From Octopus vulgaris (Eukaryota): a DNA stretch of 64,000 bases. This document shows positions 13,975-27,208 of the stretch, in pieces. The stretch is taken from positions 38,874,001 to 38,938,000 of the forward strand of contig OX597823.1 in assembly GCA_951406725.2 (NCBI GenBank), in the 5' to 3' direction. The notes under the pieces are model-generated. The model did not search any database, was not told the DNA's origin, and was given only the letters and a program-made list of their open reading frames with translations. A program made the translations under genes and the position numbers. Position 1 is the stretch's first letter, and each line of letters opens with the position of its first letter.

Positions 13975-14192
13975 CAAATATGTTTTGACTCAAGCCATGA
14001 TTAATAGTACAACCTGATTCAATGCACTAAGACAATTTTTAAGGGAGTTGTTGTTCACTGAGATGTATCCAGGAATAGGTAGTTTGTCAGGTGTTCCTTG
14101 AAGAAATTTACTCAGATATCATTTGAAGGATATGGGACTTTTTTCTTCTTTGATTTGTTTTTGGATAATGTTAAATAGAGCAGACTCTATTT
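13975..14192 (-). mobile_element. older copy of the CR1-group LINE found at 33245
   Basis: 14190-14041 translates IESALFNIIQKQIKEEKSPISFK*YLSKFLQGTPDKLPIPGYISVNNNSL, collinear with [50 protein letters not shown]. Confidence 0.85.
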
Positions 14193-14194
14193 AA

Positions 14195-14525
14195 AAGGTC
14201 GACTTTGTCTTTCATTTTTTCAGTGTCGATAAAATAAGCACTAGTTGAGTACTGGGGGTGATGTAGTTGACATATCCCCTCCCCCAAAATTGCTGGCTTT
14301 GTGTCCTAATTTGAAACCAATATTAATTGCCATTAAGCCAGCAAGCTCAAAGCATCATAAGCATAGCAGTATTTTGTGTCTTTAAGTTCTGAGTACAAAT
14401 TCTGCCATGGCTGACTTTGCCTTTTATCCTTTCAAGGTAAGTACCAGTTGAGTACTGGGGTCCCTGTAGTTGACTTAACCTCTCCCCTGAAATTGCTGGT
14501 CTTGTACTAAAATTTGAAATCAATA
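14195..14525 (+). mobile_element. two partial family-A SINEs
   Basis: Core and ccccaaaattgctggc..tttgaaac tail present twice. Confidence 0.75.
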
Positions 14526-14639
14526 TTATGTAGTCTTATATTTATTGTGTGCTTTCACTGCACTACCAAAACACAGCACCATGTGTCTTGGGTATGTGCT
14601 ATGGTTTGCCTTGGTATTGTTACTTCTACTACCATTATC

Positions 14640-14815
14640 TTTTATTTTTTACTTGCTTCAGTCATTAGACTGCAGCCATGCTAGGGCATTGTCTTGAATT
14701 TTAATCAAATGAATCAACCCCAGTACTTATTCTATCAGTCTTCTTTTGCTGAACTGCTATGTTATGGTCACATTAACACTAGTTGTCAGCCAGTTGTAGG
14801 GGATAAACACAGACA
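14640..14815 (-). mobile_element. family-B SINE tail T1
   Basis: acttgcttcagtcattagactgcagccatgct...gaactgcta.gttatgg. Confidence 0.7.
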
Positions 14816-14827
14816 CACACACACACA

Positions 14828-14860
<33 letters not shown>

Positions 14861-14862
<2 letters not shown>

Positions 14863-15089
14863 TTCTTTACTACCCACAAGGGGCTAAACACAGAGGGGAC
14901 AAACAAGGACAGACAAACAGATTAAGTCAATTACATCAACTCCAGTGCGTAACGGGTACTTTATTTATCGACCCCGAAAAGATGAAAGGCAAAGTCGACC
15001 TCAGCGGAATTTGAACTCAGAACGTAACGGCAGACGAAATACGGCTACGCATTTCGCCCGGCGTGCTAACGTTTCTGCCAGCTTGCCGC

Positions 15090-15090
<1 letters not shown>
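14861..15090 (-). mobile_element. young full-length family-A SINE subfamily
   Basis: CpG-rich, intact Pol III A/B-box head; roughly 90% similar to 31100-31333; sits in (CT)n(AT)n. Confidence 0.9.
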
Positions 15091-15127
<37 letters not shown>

Positions 15128-15568
15128 GTATTGAAAGTCCTCTACATAAGATATATGCAGTGCCTAGCAGTGCTATTTTGTATATGATATATGTATATTT
15201 CACAATTCCAGGGGTTTTGATTATGTATTTTGACCATACCTAAATCACCTATTATTAGAGGAACTCTTTCTTTTAACAATCCCCTCATTTGGGTTATTTC
15301 TATTTCCAGATCTTTGTATAACGATAGTTTCTACATTTCTCTTAGAGATACAATATTTTTTTTTTTTTTTATCATCATTTATATAATTCTTATTAAATAT
15401 ATGCAAAACAGATTAGACTATTGGAAAAAAAATCATTATGATCATCATCATCATCATCATTATTATTTACAGATTCAATTTGTCTGCATGTTTTTATCAT
15501 TTGTTTTCTTTTGGACGAATTTCAATTGTAGCATTATTGATTTGGACAAGTAGTAAACAACAAATCAT

Positions 15569-15610
<42 letters not shown>

Positions 15611-16217
15611 GATAATAATAAAAATTATTATTATTAATATTATATTGGCTGAATTGAAATCTGATCAACATTCAAATTCACAACATTATTGTTTGATGAA
15701 TATCAAGTGACCTCAGCTTCAGCCGGTTCAATGAACAGCAAGTCACTACACATTGTTATTACTAACTGAAGCTAAACTCTGGAATGACATGCGTCAGAAG
15801 AATTAGAGCTGTTACAGTACAATATGAGGTTACATTGTTTTTGTTGACTTTTCAAAACATAACTAGAGTGTGTCTGTATAGGTGGGCAGATCAATATTTG
15901 GGAATTCACGTGAAAATAAATTCAGGAAGTGAAACAACATCAGCATACAATAAGGGACTTAATTAATAGTTGCTATTTGGGGCCAATTAATGAAGCAAAC
16001 ACAAGAAAAAAAATAACAAAGCAAAAAAAAAAAGAAAAGAAGAAAACTACCATTTTAATTATATTATTGCAGGTTATCTATTTTGGTACAATCTAGAAGG
16101 ATTGATATTTGCAGAGAAGAATAGGCAATTTTCCATGTTCAGGCCAGAAATTATCTTTTATGTTAGCGTCAACTTCATAAAAATGAAAGCTACATAATAT
16201 TAAAAAAACATTCTCAC

Positions 16218-16660
16218 ATTTGTTGTTGTTGATTAACCCCCAGGTTCAAGCTTGATTAAGCTTATGACTAAAAAATATATTTCAGCCACGACTGGCTCAT
16301 TGGTTCCCCTCCTCCGGACATACTGTATCTAGGATAACTTTATGTAATATGTCCTTCTGTTCTAAAATTGATATGGTATGGCTTGAGAAGATTAGGCTGC
16401 TATTTCTAGCAGGTCAAGAGTCTGTATAGAGACACCCTTGTTGCTTCATTTTTGTTATTGTTTAGCCCTGGGTCAATCATGATGAAAAAGATTTATGATC
16501 CTAGGTACTCCAGCTATGACCATCCCATCATTTTAGGAGTACATAGGACTATATTGTCTAAGGCATCTTTTTCTTATATCAGACAGTAGGTTGTAATTTG
16601 AGGAACATTTTGCCGCTATTTCTACAAGGTGAGCATCCACATAGAGCCTCTCTTCTTGAT
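16218..16660 (+). repeat. two tandem family-F repeats
   Basis: Two ~220-bp units starting ttgtt..tta.ccc..ggt and containing gctgctatttcta. Confidence 0.65.
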
Positions 16661-16829
16661 GGAGTTGGTAGAAATGTTTGATAATATAGTACATATGGTC
16701 TGATCTTTGTATATAATGAAATGTTATTAAGTATAGGAAATAGTTTTAATAATTAACCATATAACAATGTGAACAATTGTTTTAACAAAGAAAAATAAAC
16801 TGAATAAAAAAAAGCATGTGAACAATACA

Positions 16830-16864
<35 letters not shown>

Positions 16865-18419
16865 AACAGACAAAATCCACCAGACTAAGTTTTGTAAGTA
16901 CGTATGAGTAGATGTGCTTCAATAAATACAAGTATGTGCTTGAATATGATGTAGTGTGCTGGAAGGTGAATGTAACTGGAACCAAGAGAGGTGGGACACA
17001 CATGAACAATAGCAAATGTGATGGAAGTAAATGCAATAAACTTAAAATGTACAAACCTTTCGATAGTTCACTACCTATTTCATCTGCTAGTAATGCTAAT
17101 ACTAAGTACAGATAGGTGGCTAATAGGATACTAAACATTCAACAAATGGGCTGAGAGTTTATGTTGTCTTTAGTGAAGACACAACTCTCAAAAGGGCCCA
17201 AGTTCAATCAACTTTAAATAGGTATTATGGAGTAAGTACAATTATTCACTTAAAGAGGTGTCAGCACTGTAGGTTATAGCCCTGAGTTTAATTCCTCCCA
17301 CTGAAGCTATTTATGATTTGAAGACAGAGCCCTTGGGATAAATTTTTACAGGCAGAACAAGACTACTTGGTGGCAGGGAGAAGGTTTCCTTTAACATACA
17401 AGGTGGGTTTTAAGGGAGGGCCCTCTCAATTAACTATAAGCCATGCCTGGAGATGTATGGGCTCCCCCAAGCTGACTAGCATAAGAACCCCATAGACAAC
17501 CTATGAGTTATGTGACTCATTATCATATTACTGGTATTTTATTAGCCCTAAACATTTCAAAGATAGATTTATTTTCTGCAGGATTTCAAATGAAAACCCT
17601 TTGGAACAAAGTGTATAAAGCATCTACTCTGGTACCTTACATTCACCAGTAGTGGCAACATAAATAATAATAACCATTTAAACTTTACATATTGATCAGA
17701 TACTGTACAGATTCATTCTATTACCCTTGTGCACACTCACACACACATACACTTTGTTCAGGTGTGTGTACATATGTGCATGTGCTTTCCAAAACACATT
17801 GTGAGTTTCAAAGAAACCCTTTTGCTTTCTAGCAAAAGACCATCTTTGCCAAGTTCTGCAGTTTCACTTTCTGGTCCATAAAACGAAAGATTACTGATTT
17901 TTCTGTTAATTATGACTGCAATTTTAATTGATTACAAATGCATTTTTGGAATACACAGTAACTATATTGACCTTCACTTCACTACATATTCATCATGCAG
18001 AAGGCATCCCTGAGAAACCCTGCCATGTCACAGTCCTAGTATAGTTTGCAAACCAAACATACAGCTCCACTCTAAAAACTGATACCATAAATCATTGAAT
18101 TGTGTACTACATTCACAGAATCAATAGATATCAGCCAAATAGCTGAAAATTGTTTCAATTGCGCATCTAAAATGTAGAGAGCTATTATGAAAGAAAGCTT
18201 TTATTGTTTAAGTGAAATAATAAGTACTGGAAAGCAGCCAAGTGACTATGGCGTATGTTTGTTAGATGCTAAGAGAACCTCTATCACTGACATTTGCTAT
18301 ATACAGTTTGTTGCCTGGTAAACCTGACAACTTGATTAACTTCAACAGAGTTGGTTCTTGTTCAGAACAAACAATTTCTCACTGCAAACTGCATAGTCAT
18401 CATCACCATCATCATCATC

Positions 18420-18625
18420 ATCATCATTTAATGTCCACTTTTCCATGTTTGCAAGGGTTGGATGTAATTTGTTGAGATAGATTTTCTATAGCCAGATGCC
18501 CTTCCTGTTACCAAATCTCACCTGCTTCCAAGCAAGGTAATATTTCCCAATGAACAGATATGTCTTGAAAGATTGGAAACAAAGGGCACTGCTTGCAAGG
18601 CAGGGAGATGCACACACAAAATACA

Positions 18626-18666
<41 letters not shown>

Positions 18667-18710
18667 GCATATACGATGGGCTTCTTTGACTTTCATCTCC
18701 TATATCCACT
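18420..18710 (-). mobile_element. composite SINE remnant with RTE-like tail
   Basis: (CAT)n ttaatgtccacttttccatg...gatgcccttcctg...ccaagcaaggtaatatttccc; (TA)n spacer; gatgggcttctt. Confidence 0.75.
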
Positions 18711-18997
18711 TGGAGGACAATCTAAATAGTTATGTGACGTTATTGTAAGACAACCTGGATAGACATCTGACATTAATGGACGACCTGAATAGTCATGTTA
18801 CCTTAAAGGACACCAACAATGGAAAGATAGGTAGTAAAGTTGAAGTAAAAAAGATAAGGGAGTAAAATGTTATGAGGTAATTGGTGAGATGTGAAACTAC
18901 CAGTCAATGGCCATATAGACATACAAGACCATAGCATATGTTTCATTTTCTTTTCAGACATAATATATCTAAAGCTACATTATTTAATGTAGCCATT

Positions 18998-19185
18998 CTT
19001 GTTAGTAGTTGTTTAACCCTAAGATGTCCTGATGATGTAGACTTCTGGCTGTTACCATCTTAGTGTTATTCTTTAAACATAGTGTACATATGTCAGTTTA
19101 CTCAATATGTAAGGCGTTATGGCATGATTTAAAGCAGATTTGACTGTTGTTACAGTAGGTCGAGTAACCCTGTAGTGCTCCCTCC
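18998..19185 (+). repeat. family-F dispersed repeat, degenerate
   Basis: ttgtttaaccct...gatttgactgttgttacagtaggtcgag. Confidence 0.5.
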
Positions 19186-19489
19186 TACCAGCCCCTAGAA
19201 TGTCTCAATTGTGGGGATATGCTGCAAGTGTTTCCTACTGGGGGTCAGACCTCTAAGTTTGCTGGTCCCATGCTTCATATGTTAAGAAATCATTGGGCAT
19301 ATAAAATTATTAAGCATATGTCATCCAGATCCAGTTTGGGGGAGGCAGGAATTAATGAATTTACTTTGATAAAATTATCGAAAAAGACAATCACAGCCTC
19401 TTAAAATATAAAATTTTATATCTTAAAAGCTAAACAACATTTTTAGAGAAACTCTGGAAATTGATGAAAATCAACTGGCTGGTCTATTC

Positions 19490-20148
19490 CAGAGAACTTG
19501 TAGGCAAGAGTCCATCGAGGGCAATACTGGTTCCAGATAAAAACTCAACAGAGTGCCATCAGACTGAGTCCAAAATGTACACAGGGTAAGGAAACCATTC
19601 TGCATGCACTTGCCCAGTGCTTGAGCATTGCTGACTTGTGGAGTAATGTTGAACAGCTGCTACCATGTCTGGAATGGATCCAGCTTTCAACAAGGATTAA
19701 TGTGAAGCTTGGTTGGGCAGAGTAGGCAGTCTGCATTTGTTTGGTGACTTCGGCAAAAAATATTGTGCAGTGAAGACAAACATCTCCTTTGGCCAAGCCC
19801 TCATCAACATTTTCAAGATAATAAGGTGGAGAGGGAAGTGTTGTCTGCTAATAAATTTGATGAAAGGTGGATAACAGTGGTAAGTATGTCCGAATGAATG
19901 AGCCTGTTCTGAGCATGCACCTGTAGACTGGAAAATACAACTAGAGAGGGCACTTTCTTTAGTGGTTACAGTGACCATACTTTTAGTTGGGTTTCCACAA
20001 GTAGTCCTTGGAAGTCTACCTACTTTGAAAGGAATCTTGTTTTTGCTTTTGCTACTTCTGCTGTTTGTATGCTTTTTATGTATTCCCACACTGTATCATC
20101 CTATACCATCCTTGATCTTTCTATCAATCCTTGTAGTTAATAAAAAAA
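19490..20148 (+). mobile_element. decayed Tx1/L1-clade LINE ORF2 C-terminus and 3' UTR
   Basis: SPKCTQGKETILHALAQCLSIADLWSNVEQLL (degenerate CCHC zf-RVT), FGQALINIFK, KVEREVLSANKFDERW, then an AATAAAAAAA end. Confidence 0.7.
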
Positions 20149-20169
20149 TCATCATCATCGTTATTCATT

Positions 20170-20375
20170 ATAAAGACAGCAAGCTGGCAGAATCATTAGC
20201 ATGCCAGGTGAAATGCTTAGCAGTATTTTGTCTGTCTTCACATTCTGAGTTCAAGTTCTGCCAAGGTTGACTTTCGAGGTCAATAAATTAAGTACTGGTT
20301 GCATACTGGAGTTGATCTAATCGACTGGCCCCCTCCCCAAAAATTTCAGGCCTTGTGCCTATAGTAGAAAGGATT
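20170..20375 (+). mobile_element. family-A SINE
   Basis: aagctggcagaatcattagc head through caggccttgtgcctatagtagaaagg tail. Confidence 0.85.
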
Positions 20376-20962
20376 ATCATGATCATCATCATCTAAATCT
20401 AGACAGTGTTACACAATATTAATCTCAATTTCATGTTATATAGAATTTCTGTTTCATAGTATTTTGATTATATATTGTGTATACACACATAAAAATATAT
20501 ATAAATACACCCTCACTGACATATACATATATTATGTAATAATATATTCTTTCACAGACACATTTCTGCCATCTAAATATTTATAAAGTAATATAATTTG
20601 GGCACACTGAAGACAGAGATTACAAAACAAGCCTCAACATTGAAATGAAATTCAAATCATGTCCTGCTGTATTCATTTCATTGAAAGAAAAGAAGGAAGA
20701 AAACATGTACAGTCATGTTTTTTGGATTTTATTTCTGATAACTGACTGCTATAGTTTCCCGCTCATAACTAAGGCAACAATGATGAAGCCACTAATCTGT
20801 TTATCAAATTTAATCTTTTCATCCACATCACAGATTAAACATTTTCAAACCATGCTTTAACATTTTGTTTTCTTTTTTTCTAAATTCATTTATTTCATTA
20901 TAATCTTTTTCTTCATCTCTCTCTCTCTCTCTCTTTGTCAATGGTTGTTGTTGTTATTATTA

Positions 20963-21499
20963 TTACAGGGTGATAGAGCAGCACATGCCAGCAAAATGAC
21001 ACGGGGATACAAATATATGAAGCCTAATATACTCATCATGGCTACCAGTCTGATAAGGGTGCACCAAACACATGCATCACAACCATATGTGCATGACATT
21101 GTAATCTCATATCAAGATAAACAGTGCATGATCTTGCAAGTGGGGCCCAATTAGAATTTTCTTCAGGTTGAGTAGCCTATCCTGCTCAAAAGGTCCCTGA
21201 ATAAGGATCGTTTAAGGATGATAAACACCCATGTTTCCAGGAATAAATTATTCAAACCCCAAAGAATCCCTCCCAACATATGGCTATGACGCTCCCCCAC
21301 TGCACCTGCTCATGATCAGAGATGCACATATTGTCAACCACTAAGGGTTAAAGTCAAGCAGCTGACAATCAAATTTGTAATATTGAGCAGAATATTTACT
21401 GCAGCCCATCTTTTACACCAAGACAAAACATGTACATGATAACACTTCCAATGAGTTAAAATCAGAAGCCATGACAACCATTGCCTGGTATTGCATCAA

Positions 21500-21500
<1 letters not shown>
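20963..21500. repeat. unclassified interspersed repeat
   Basis: 21335-21500 is homologous to 40170-40362 (caaccactaag...aacacttccaatgagttaa.atcagaagccatga). Confidence 0.65.
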
Positions 21501-21532
<32 letters not shown>

Positions 21533-22429
21533 CATGAATGTTCAATGTAAATTTTCTGATCATCCTTTGATATTTATATTAAAAAGGTAGGATAGTTTCA
21601 AGTTACAAACTCCCACTATTACAATCAGTAGCTAGCTTTTCACACAAGTATGGTGGGATGGGGAATGATCTATTTATTGCTTTGTTTATATATTTTATAT
21701 ATACATGTTTTAAAAAATTTTGTTTTGTAAGAATACTTTTGGTCTGTTCCATTCTTCACCAGAACTGCAGCTATGAAGGGAGATGGATTTCTTTCTGCGT
21801 TTATATCCACCATACAGCTGCTGGTCCCGCAGCAGACAGACAGTTGTTCAGTTTCAGACTAAGTTTAAGGCAGACTCAATAATAACATGCATTTTACATG
21901 TCTGCTGCATTTTGCATGTAAACTCTTAGCATGTGTACACATATCTGTATACATACATATACACACATGCTTTCTAAAACAGTCTGTCTTACTGTGTTTG
22001 TTTGCCTGCATATCTGTCTACATCTGTCTGTCTTTCTACCAAATACCTCGCTATATGTCTGACTGAATACCTCACTACGTGTGTCTCTCTCTCTCTCTCT
22101 TTCTTACTCTCTGAGAATGTAAGCATATTATTCATTCGTCTGTTTTTCTATTCAGTCATACTGCCATCAATTTATCTTTCTCTCTTCTTTCTATATATCC
22201 ATCTATTTAAACACAGCTAATTCCCTGTTTAACTTCTGAATAATAATAATTTCACACAAATCTTACACTAGTACTTTCTCTTTTTTGCAATACATATGCA
22301 GCAAAAAGAAATAAATTCTTTTAGGTTTTGTTTTTTTCTCCCTCTCTCTTTCTCTCTAATAATGTCAAGAATTTAATTTTGAAGATAAATATGTTGTATG
22401 TAAATATTGCAGTTTATCAAATTAATCTG

Positions 22430-22474
<45 letters not shown>

Positions 22475-23411
22475 ATGTATGTACAAGCATTTATGCAAAC
22501 ATTCATATATTCACGTGAAAAAGAATAGACTCTATCAATACATAACTTTTTACAATGTATGTGTGTAGGTATTTACAAATAATCACACAAACATGCATAA
22601 GCAAAATAATAAAATCATATTAATATATATACATAACCTTTTACTATGTCTGTGTATGAGTAGTATATGTGTATGTTGTGCATGTGATGTATGCACAAAC
22701 TATTTCTGAGTGATATGAAATCATTGTTATTTAATAAAATAATTTGGACACAAAAGTGTGGCAGGAGTCTCTCAAGAGAATGGCATCTACTGCTTGCTCT
22801 CAATTTAGTGAAGGAATATTTTTGCATGCTCTTCATTAATAATGCCCTTGAGGAAGGCATGAGTACTAAAACATGTCATCTTGCATGTCCTTAACTCCTA
22901 AATAATATTCAAAAAATATAATTCATTTAGTTACATAAGTAAAAAAATAAAACATAAAATTAAATATTTTAAAGAATAAGGATGTTTCTTGCTTTTTTTA
23001 AAATTTAGTTTCTATTATAGATAACTAGGAAACATGGTTAAATTGCTGCTGTTTTCTGCTTGTATTGAAACTTATTGCAAATATCCTCAGTGGAATTTCT
23101 AGGATGGTGAAAACTCAATTAGAATACCATGTAACTTATAATTCTGTAATGCAACCTTAGTGAAGATAAGAGAAATAATGTAATGTGTTCATTTTATTTA
23201 CTCAATCTATTTATTTTGTTTAGTTTTTTCTTTCATGTTTGACTAAACAAAGATAGATACAAAAACATAATATAGTTCTCAATATCTTGCAAAACTATTT
23301 CAAACTTCTAATCTCTCAAAAGTAATTTTCAATAATTATATTAAATAATGAAGTGTATTACAATTCTAGATAGATATTTTTTAAACAACAATTAAAAATG
23401 AAAATATGTAT

Positions 23412-23603
23412 CACCTGTGCCGGTGGCACGTAAAAAGCACCCACTACACTCATGGAGTGGTTGGCATTAGGAAGGGCATCCAGCCGTAGAAACATTGCCA
23501 GATCAGACTGGGCCTGGTGTAGCCTTCTGGCTTCACAGACCCCAGTTGAACCGTACAACCCATGCCAGCATGGAAAGCGGACGCTAAACGATGATGATGA
23601 TGA
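23412..23603 (+). mobile_element. 5'-truncated young RTE 3' end
   Basis: gtggcacgtaaaaagcacccactacactc...ggaagggcatccagccgtagaaac...gcatggaaagcggacgctaaac(GAT)n, matching the tail of 34185-34830. Confidence 0.85.
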
Positions 23604-23639
23604 TGTATTGAGTTTTGAAATGTAATTTTCCATATTTTC

Positions 23640-24560
23640 TAACATGCCATCAAAGCAAAGCCTGCATGAAGCTCCAGATTTTTATGACATCCTCCCTGAG
23701 CCCATAAGAATACAAGATTATTTTGGAAATGTAGAAAGGAAATCATTCAGATGATGATGCAAAGGAGAAGGCTTAGATGCTATAAATGTGGCAGTAAAGG
23801 CCACTTGATGGTTTTTTTTAACAAAAGAGAAAAAGGGTGAAAAAAAAAAAGGCAAGTAGTTGTAGAGGTAATGACAACGAGTTTCTGAGAGCAAATGGCA
23901 GGGAGGATGGGTATGGATGATGCTACTCCCATAGTTTCACAGAACCATTGCTTTCACATGCTAAGAATTGTCAGAGCATATGCAAAGATAGAGTTACCAA
24001 TTCCTGAACAACATCAACATTAGAATCCACCAGAATGAAGCAACAAGAAGCCAAAAGGTCTCCTTTTTGAGCAGAGAACCAACAAGAGGCTCTGGTCAAC
24101 AGTTCCACCCCAGTATCTTCCAGTGATACAGAGAAGAGATGAAGCCTTAACAAAGAAGAGGACAGAATAGAAAGGAAAATAAGAGGCTGAAAAGGAATGG
24201 ATCCAAACTGATGACAAGAAGGATGCTGGGAGTCATCCTTTACAAAGAAGTATCTATCTTCCTGAAGGTTAACTGATTTAAAATAACATAACAAATTTAT
24301 ATATTGCTGGAAAAGCTACAAAATGAGGAAAAAAATATTGTGCTGAAGGAGGTGGTGTTAAGGGATAAATACAATGAACCTTTAAAGGATATTACTGCTG
24401 AAAACAACACCAACATCTACTGACAATAAAAGCTGCACTTCACAGAGGATGTGGAGAAACTTAATGGCTTGGCTAAAACTGAAGCTCACTGGTATATTAA
24501 GGGAACCTTAGTTACAGTCATAGAAGAAGTTGATCAAAATTGTAATGACTTTCTTATCCT
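23640..24560 (+). mobile_element. decayed LINE ORF1 (gag-like) fragment
   Basis: RRRLRCYKCGSKGHLM zinc knuckle at ~23763-23810; purine-rich disrupted frames follow. Confidence 0.5.
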
Positions 24561-24777
24561 AAATAGGTGAATTCCACTTAGTCATTTTACTAATATATTT
24601 TTAACCTTTTTTCAATATTTTGTATAACATTTATTGCCACTTCCCCTTTGTATATTCTATCTGGACATTCCAATGAGATCAGTCACCCTTTTGTTTGACA
24701 CATTTTGTATTTCAGGTTTAGGATCTTATGGTAAATAAGGATATACTTCTTCTTCTTATTATTCTTCTTATTATTAT

Positions 24778-25520
24778 TAAGACAGTGAGCTGGCAGAATC
24801 ATTAGCCTGCCAGACTAAATGTTTACCTGCATTTCTTCCAGTTCTTTACATTCAAATCCTATCAAGATCAATTTTGCCTTTCATCTGTCAGGGGTTGATA
24901 AAATAAATTACCAGAGAAGTACTGAGGTCAATGTAATCGACTAACCCCACTTCCCTTGAAATTACTGGCTTTGTGCTAAAATTTAAAACCATTTTAAGAC
25001 ACTTGGTTGACAGAATTGTTAGCACATTTGACAAAAGGCCTAGCAGCATTTCTGACTTTACATCCTGAGTTCAAATCCTGTTGAGATCAATATTGCCTTT
25101 CATCGTTTTAGGATTGAAAAAATAAACTACTAAACAGATAGTAAGGTCTATAAATAACCTTCATTCCAAAGACTGCCATTTAAGATGTAAGCACTAGATT
25201 TGGGTGGCAAGGGGGAAGAGATTTTATGAGTAGCCAACTTTAAACATTCAGCTTCAACAAAATTTGTTTCCTTATCACAATATAAGAAATTATCATCATC
25301 ATTATTATTATCAAGGCGGTGATCTAGCAGAATTGTTAGCAACCTGGACAAAATGTTTCACAGTATTTCATCCGTCTTTATGTTTTGAATTCAAATTCTG
25401 CTGAGATCAACTTTGCCTTTCATCCTTTTGGGATCCATACCTGTTGAGCACTGGGGTTGATATAATCAACTAGCCTCCTCTCCTAAAATTTCAAGCCTTG
25501 TACCTATAGTAGAAAAGATT
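24778..25520 (+). mobile_element. three family-A SINE copies (24778-24990, 24997-25130, 25312-25520)
   Basis: Repeated head and core motifs. Confidence 0.75.
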
Positions 25521-26647
25521 ATCATCATTATTATTATTGCTAGTACATTGGTAATGAATAAAGATTAAAGACTACTTCATCATTCATTTAACTCTCTTTA
25601 GCTATAATTTTTATTTATATTCAGGTTAAAAGCTCTTGTAAACAAGTCCCATATCCACAACTGTCAAGATTCTAGAATTACTACAAATAACCACAAATAA
25701 CCTTCATTTCAAAAAATATCATCTGTGATGTAAGCATTAGACTTGGGTGGCACGGAGGAAGAGGTTTTATGAGTAGCCAGCTTTAAACATTTGCTTCTAC
25801 ATTCTCTATATTTAAATTCATAAGAGACTAGTCAGTTTGACAATTTAATCAGCTTGAAGTTTTATGAATATGTTAAACCTGGTGATAGAGTGGGGTGGAA
25901 GATTTGGTTGAAATACCTGAAATAGATTCCATGTTGCAAAGAATGGAGTCTGTAAAATATGAAAAAAAAAATGTACAAAAATGTTTTTGATGAAAAATAG
26001 TAAAGAATCTACTAAGACAATTTCGATGTCAGGTTGTGCATTGCGTTGCATATAACATAATGCTAATATAGAGTCTAGACAGACAACTTTGTCTCGGCAG
26101 GCAGAAAATATGCTCTGCTACAGATATAGCAGCCTACCACTGCAGGAGAGAAGAACAAATAAATCCACCTCCATCAACACTGCCAACATCGCTATCACCT
26201 TTATAACAACAAAAAATACCAAGAATAAAGGGAGAAAAAAAAACCTCAAGAATATAATGGATAATAAAAAGTAGTAGTAGTAGTAGTAGTAGTAGTAAGA
26301 GAAGCAGCAGCAGCAGCAGTAACAAAAACAGCAGAAGTAGGTGTGGTATTCAATGAACGTTATCTAACTTCATTCAGAAATTTGTGGCATTATTTGTGGA
26401 GCCTTAGACTTGAGAAACTACATTAAGAATGGTTACGGCTAGAATGGTTACATATATGAAATTAGACTCTGCTGCTATCTCTGTCGGTTGTCAAGTTACA
26501 GGCTTTATATCAGCAGCAGTATTACTATTTAGTCTACTAAGTTGTGTCATAGTTAATGTTTATTTTACTGTTTACTAATGCAGCATTAGTATTATTGTTA
26601 ATAAATTAGTCTCAATATTTCTATCACTGTTTAGTGTTGGTATTGCT

Positions 26648-26778
26648 GTTGAGTGTGAGTGAACAGTCTTATTATTGTTGAGTGTTAGTGTTCTTGTTTA
26701 TGATGAGTGTGAGTGAACAGTCCTGTTTCTGTTGAGTATTAGTGTGTGTTCTTGTTTATGATAAATGTCAGTGAACAA
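26648..26778. repeat. diverged ~55-bp minisatellite, ~2.4 units
   Basis: gagtgtgagtgaacagtc...gttgagt.ttagtg..ttcttgtttatgat repeated. Confidence 0.7.
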
Positions 26779-26997
26779 CTGTCATTTGTACTGTTAACAT
26801 TACCAATCTTATAATAGCTTAAAATGCATGTAATTACTATCCAGTTTAGTGTTTAGTGTTGAGGCTCTTAGTCATGTCACTACTTAGTGATGATGTTAGC
26901 TGTAATTGCCAAGTGTGTTAACAGTCCTCTTACTAATTTGTTTAAATGTTTCTCTTTAGTAATTAGTTGCTTGTATCAATATGTGAAGGGGAAGAAT

Positions 26998-27208
26998 AAT
27001 ACATTGACAGAATCATGAGAGTATTTGGACAAAATGCCTTGTTATATTTAGTTATATCTCTATGTTCTGGGTTCAAATCCTGCCATGAATGACTTTAGCT
27101 TTCATCCTTCCACATCAATAATGTCTGTACCATTCAAGTACTGGAGTTGAAATAGCCAGCTCTACTCTCTCAAGCCATAGGATCTTGTACCAATGTTAGA
27201 AATCAATA
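26998..27208 (+). mobile_element. degenerate family-A SINE
   Basis: gttctgggttcaaatcc...gactttagctttcatcc...tactggagttga. Confidence 0.6.

Noticed and set aside
21758-21826. Imperfect hairpin resembling a pre-miRNA
   Set aside because: Large bulges, short stems and no match to any conserved miRNA I recognise.
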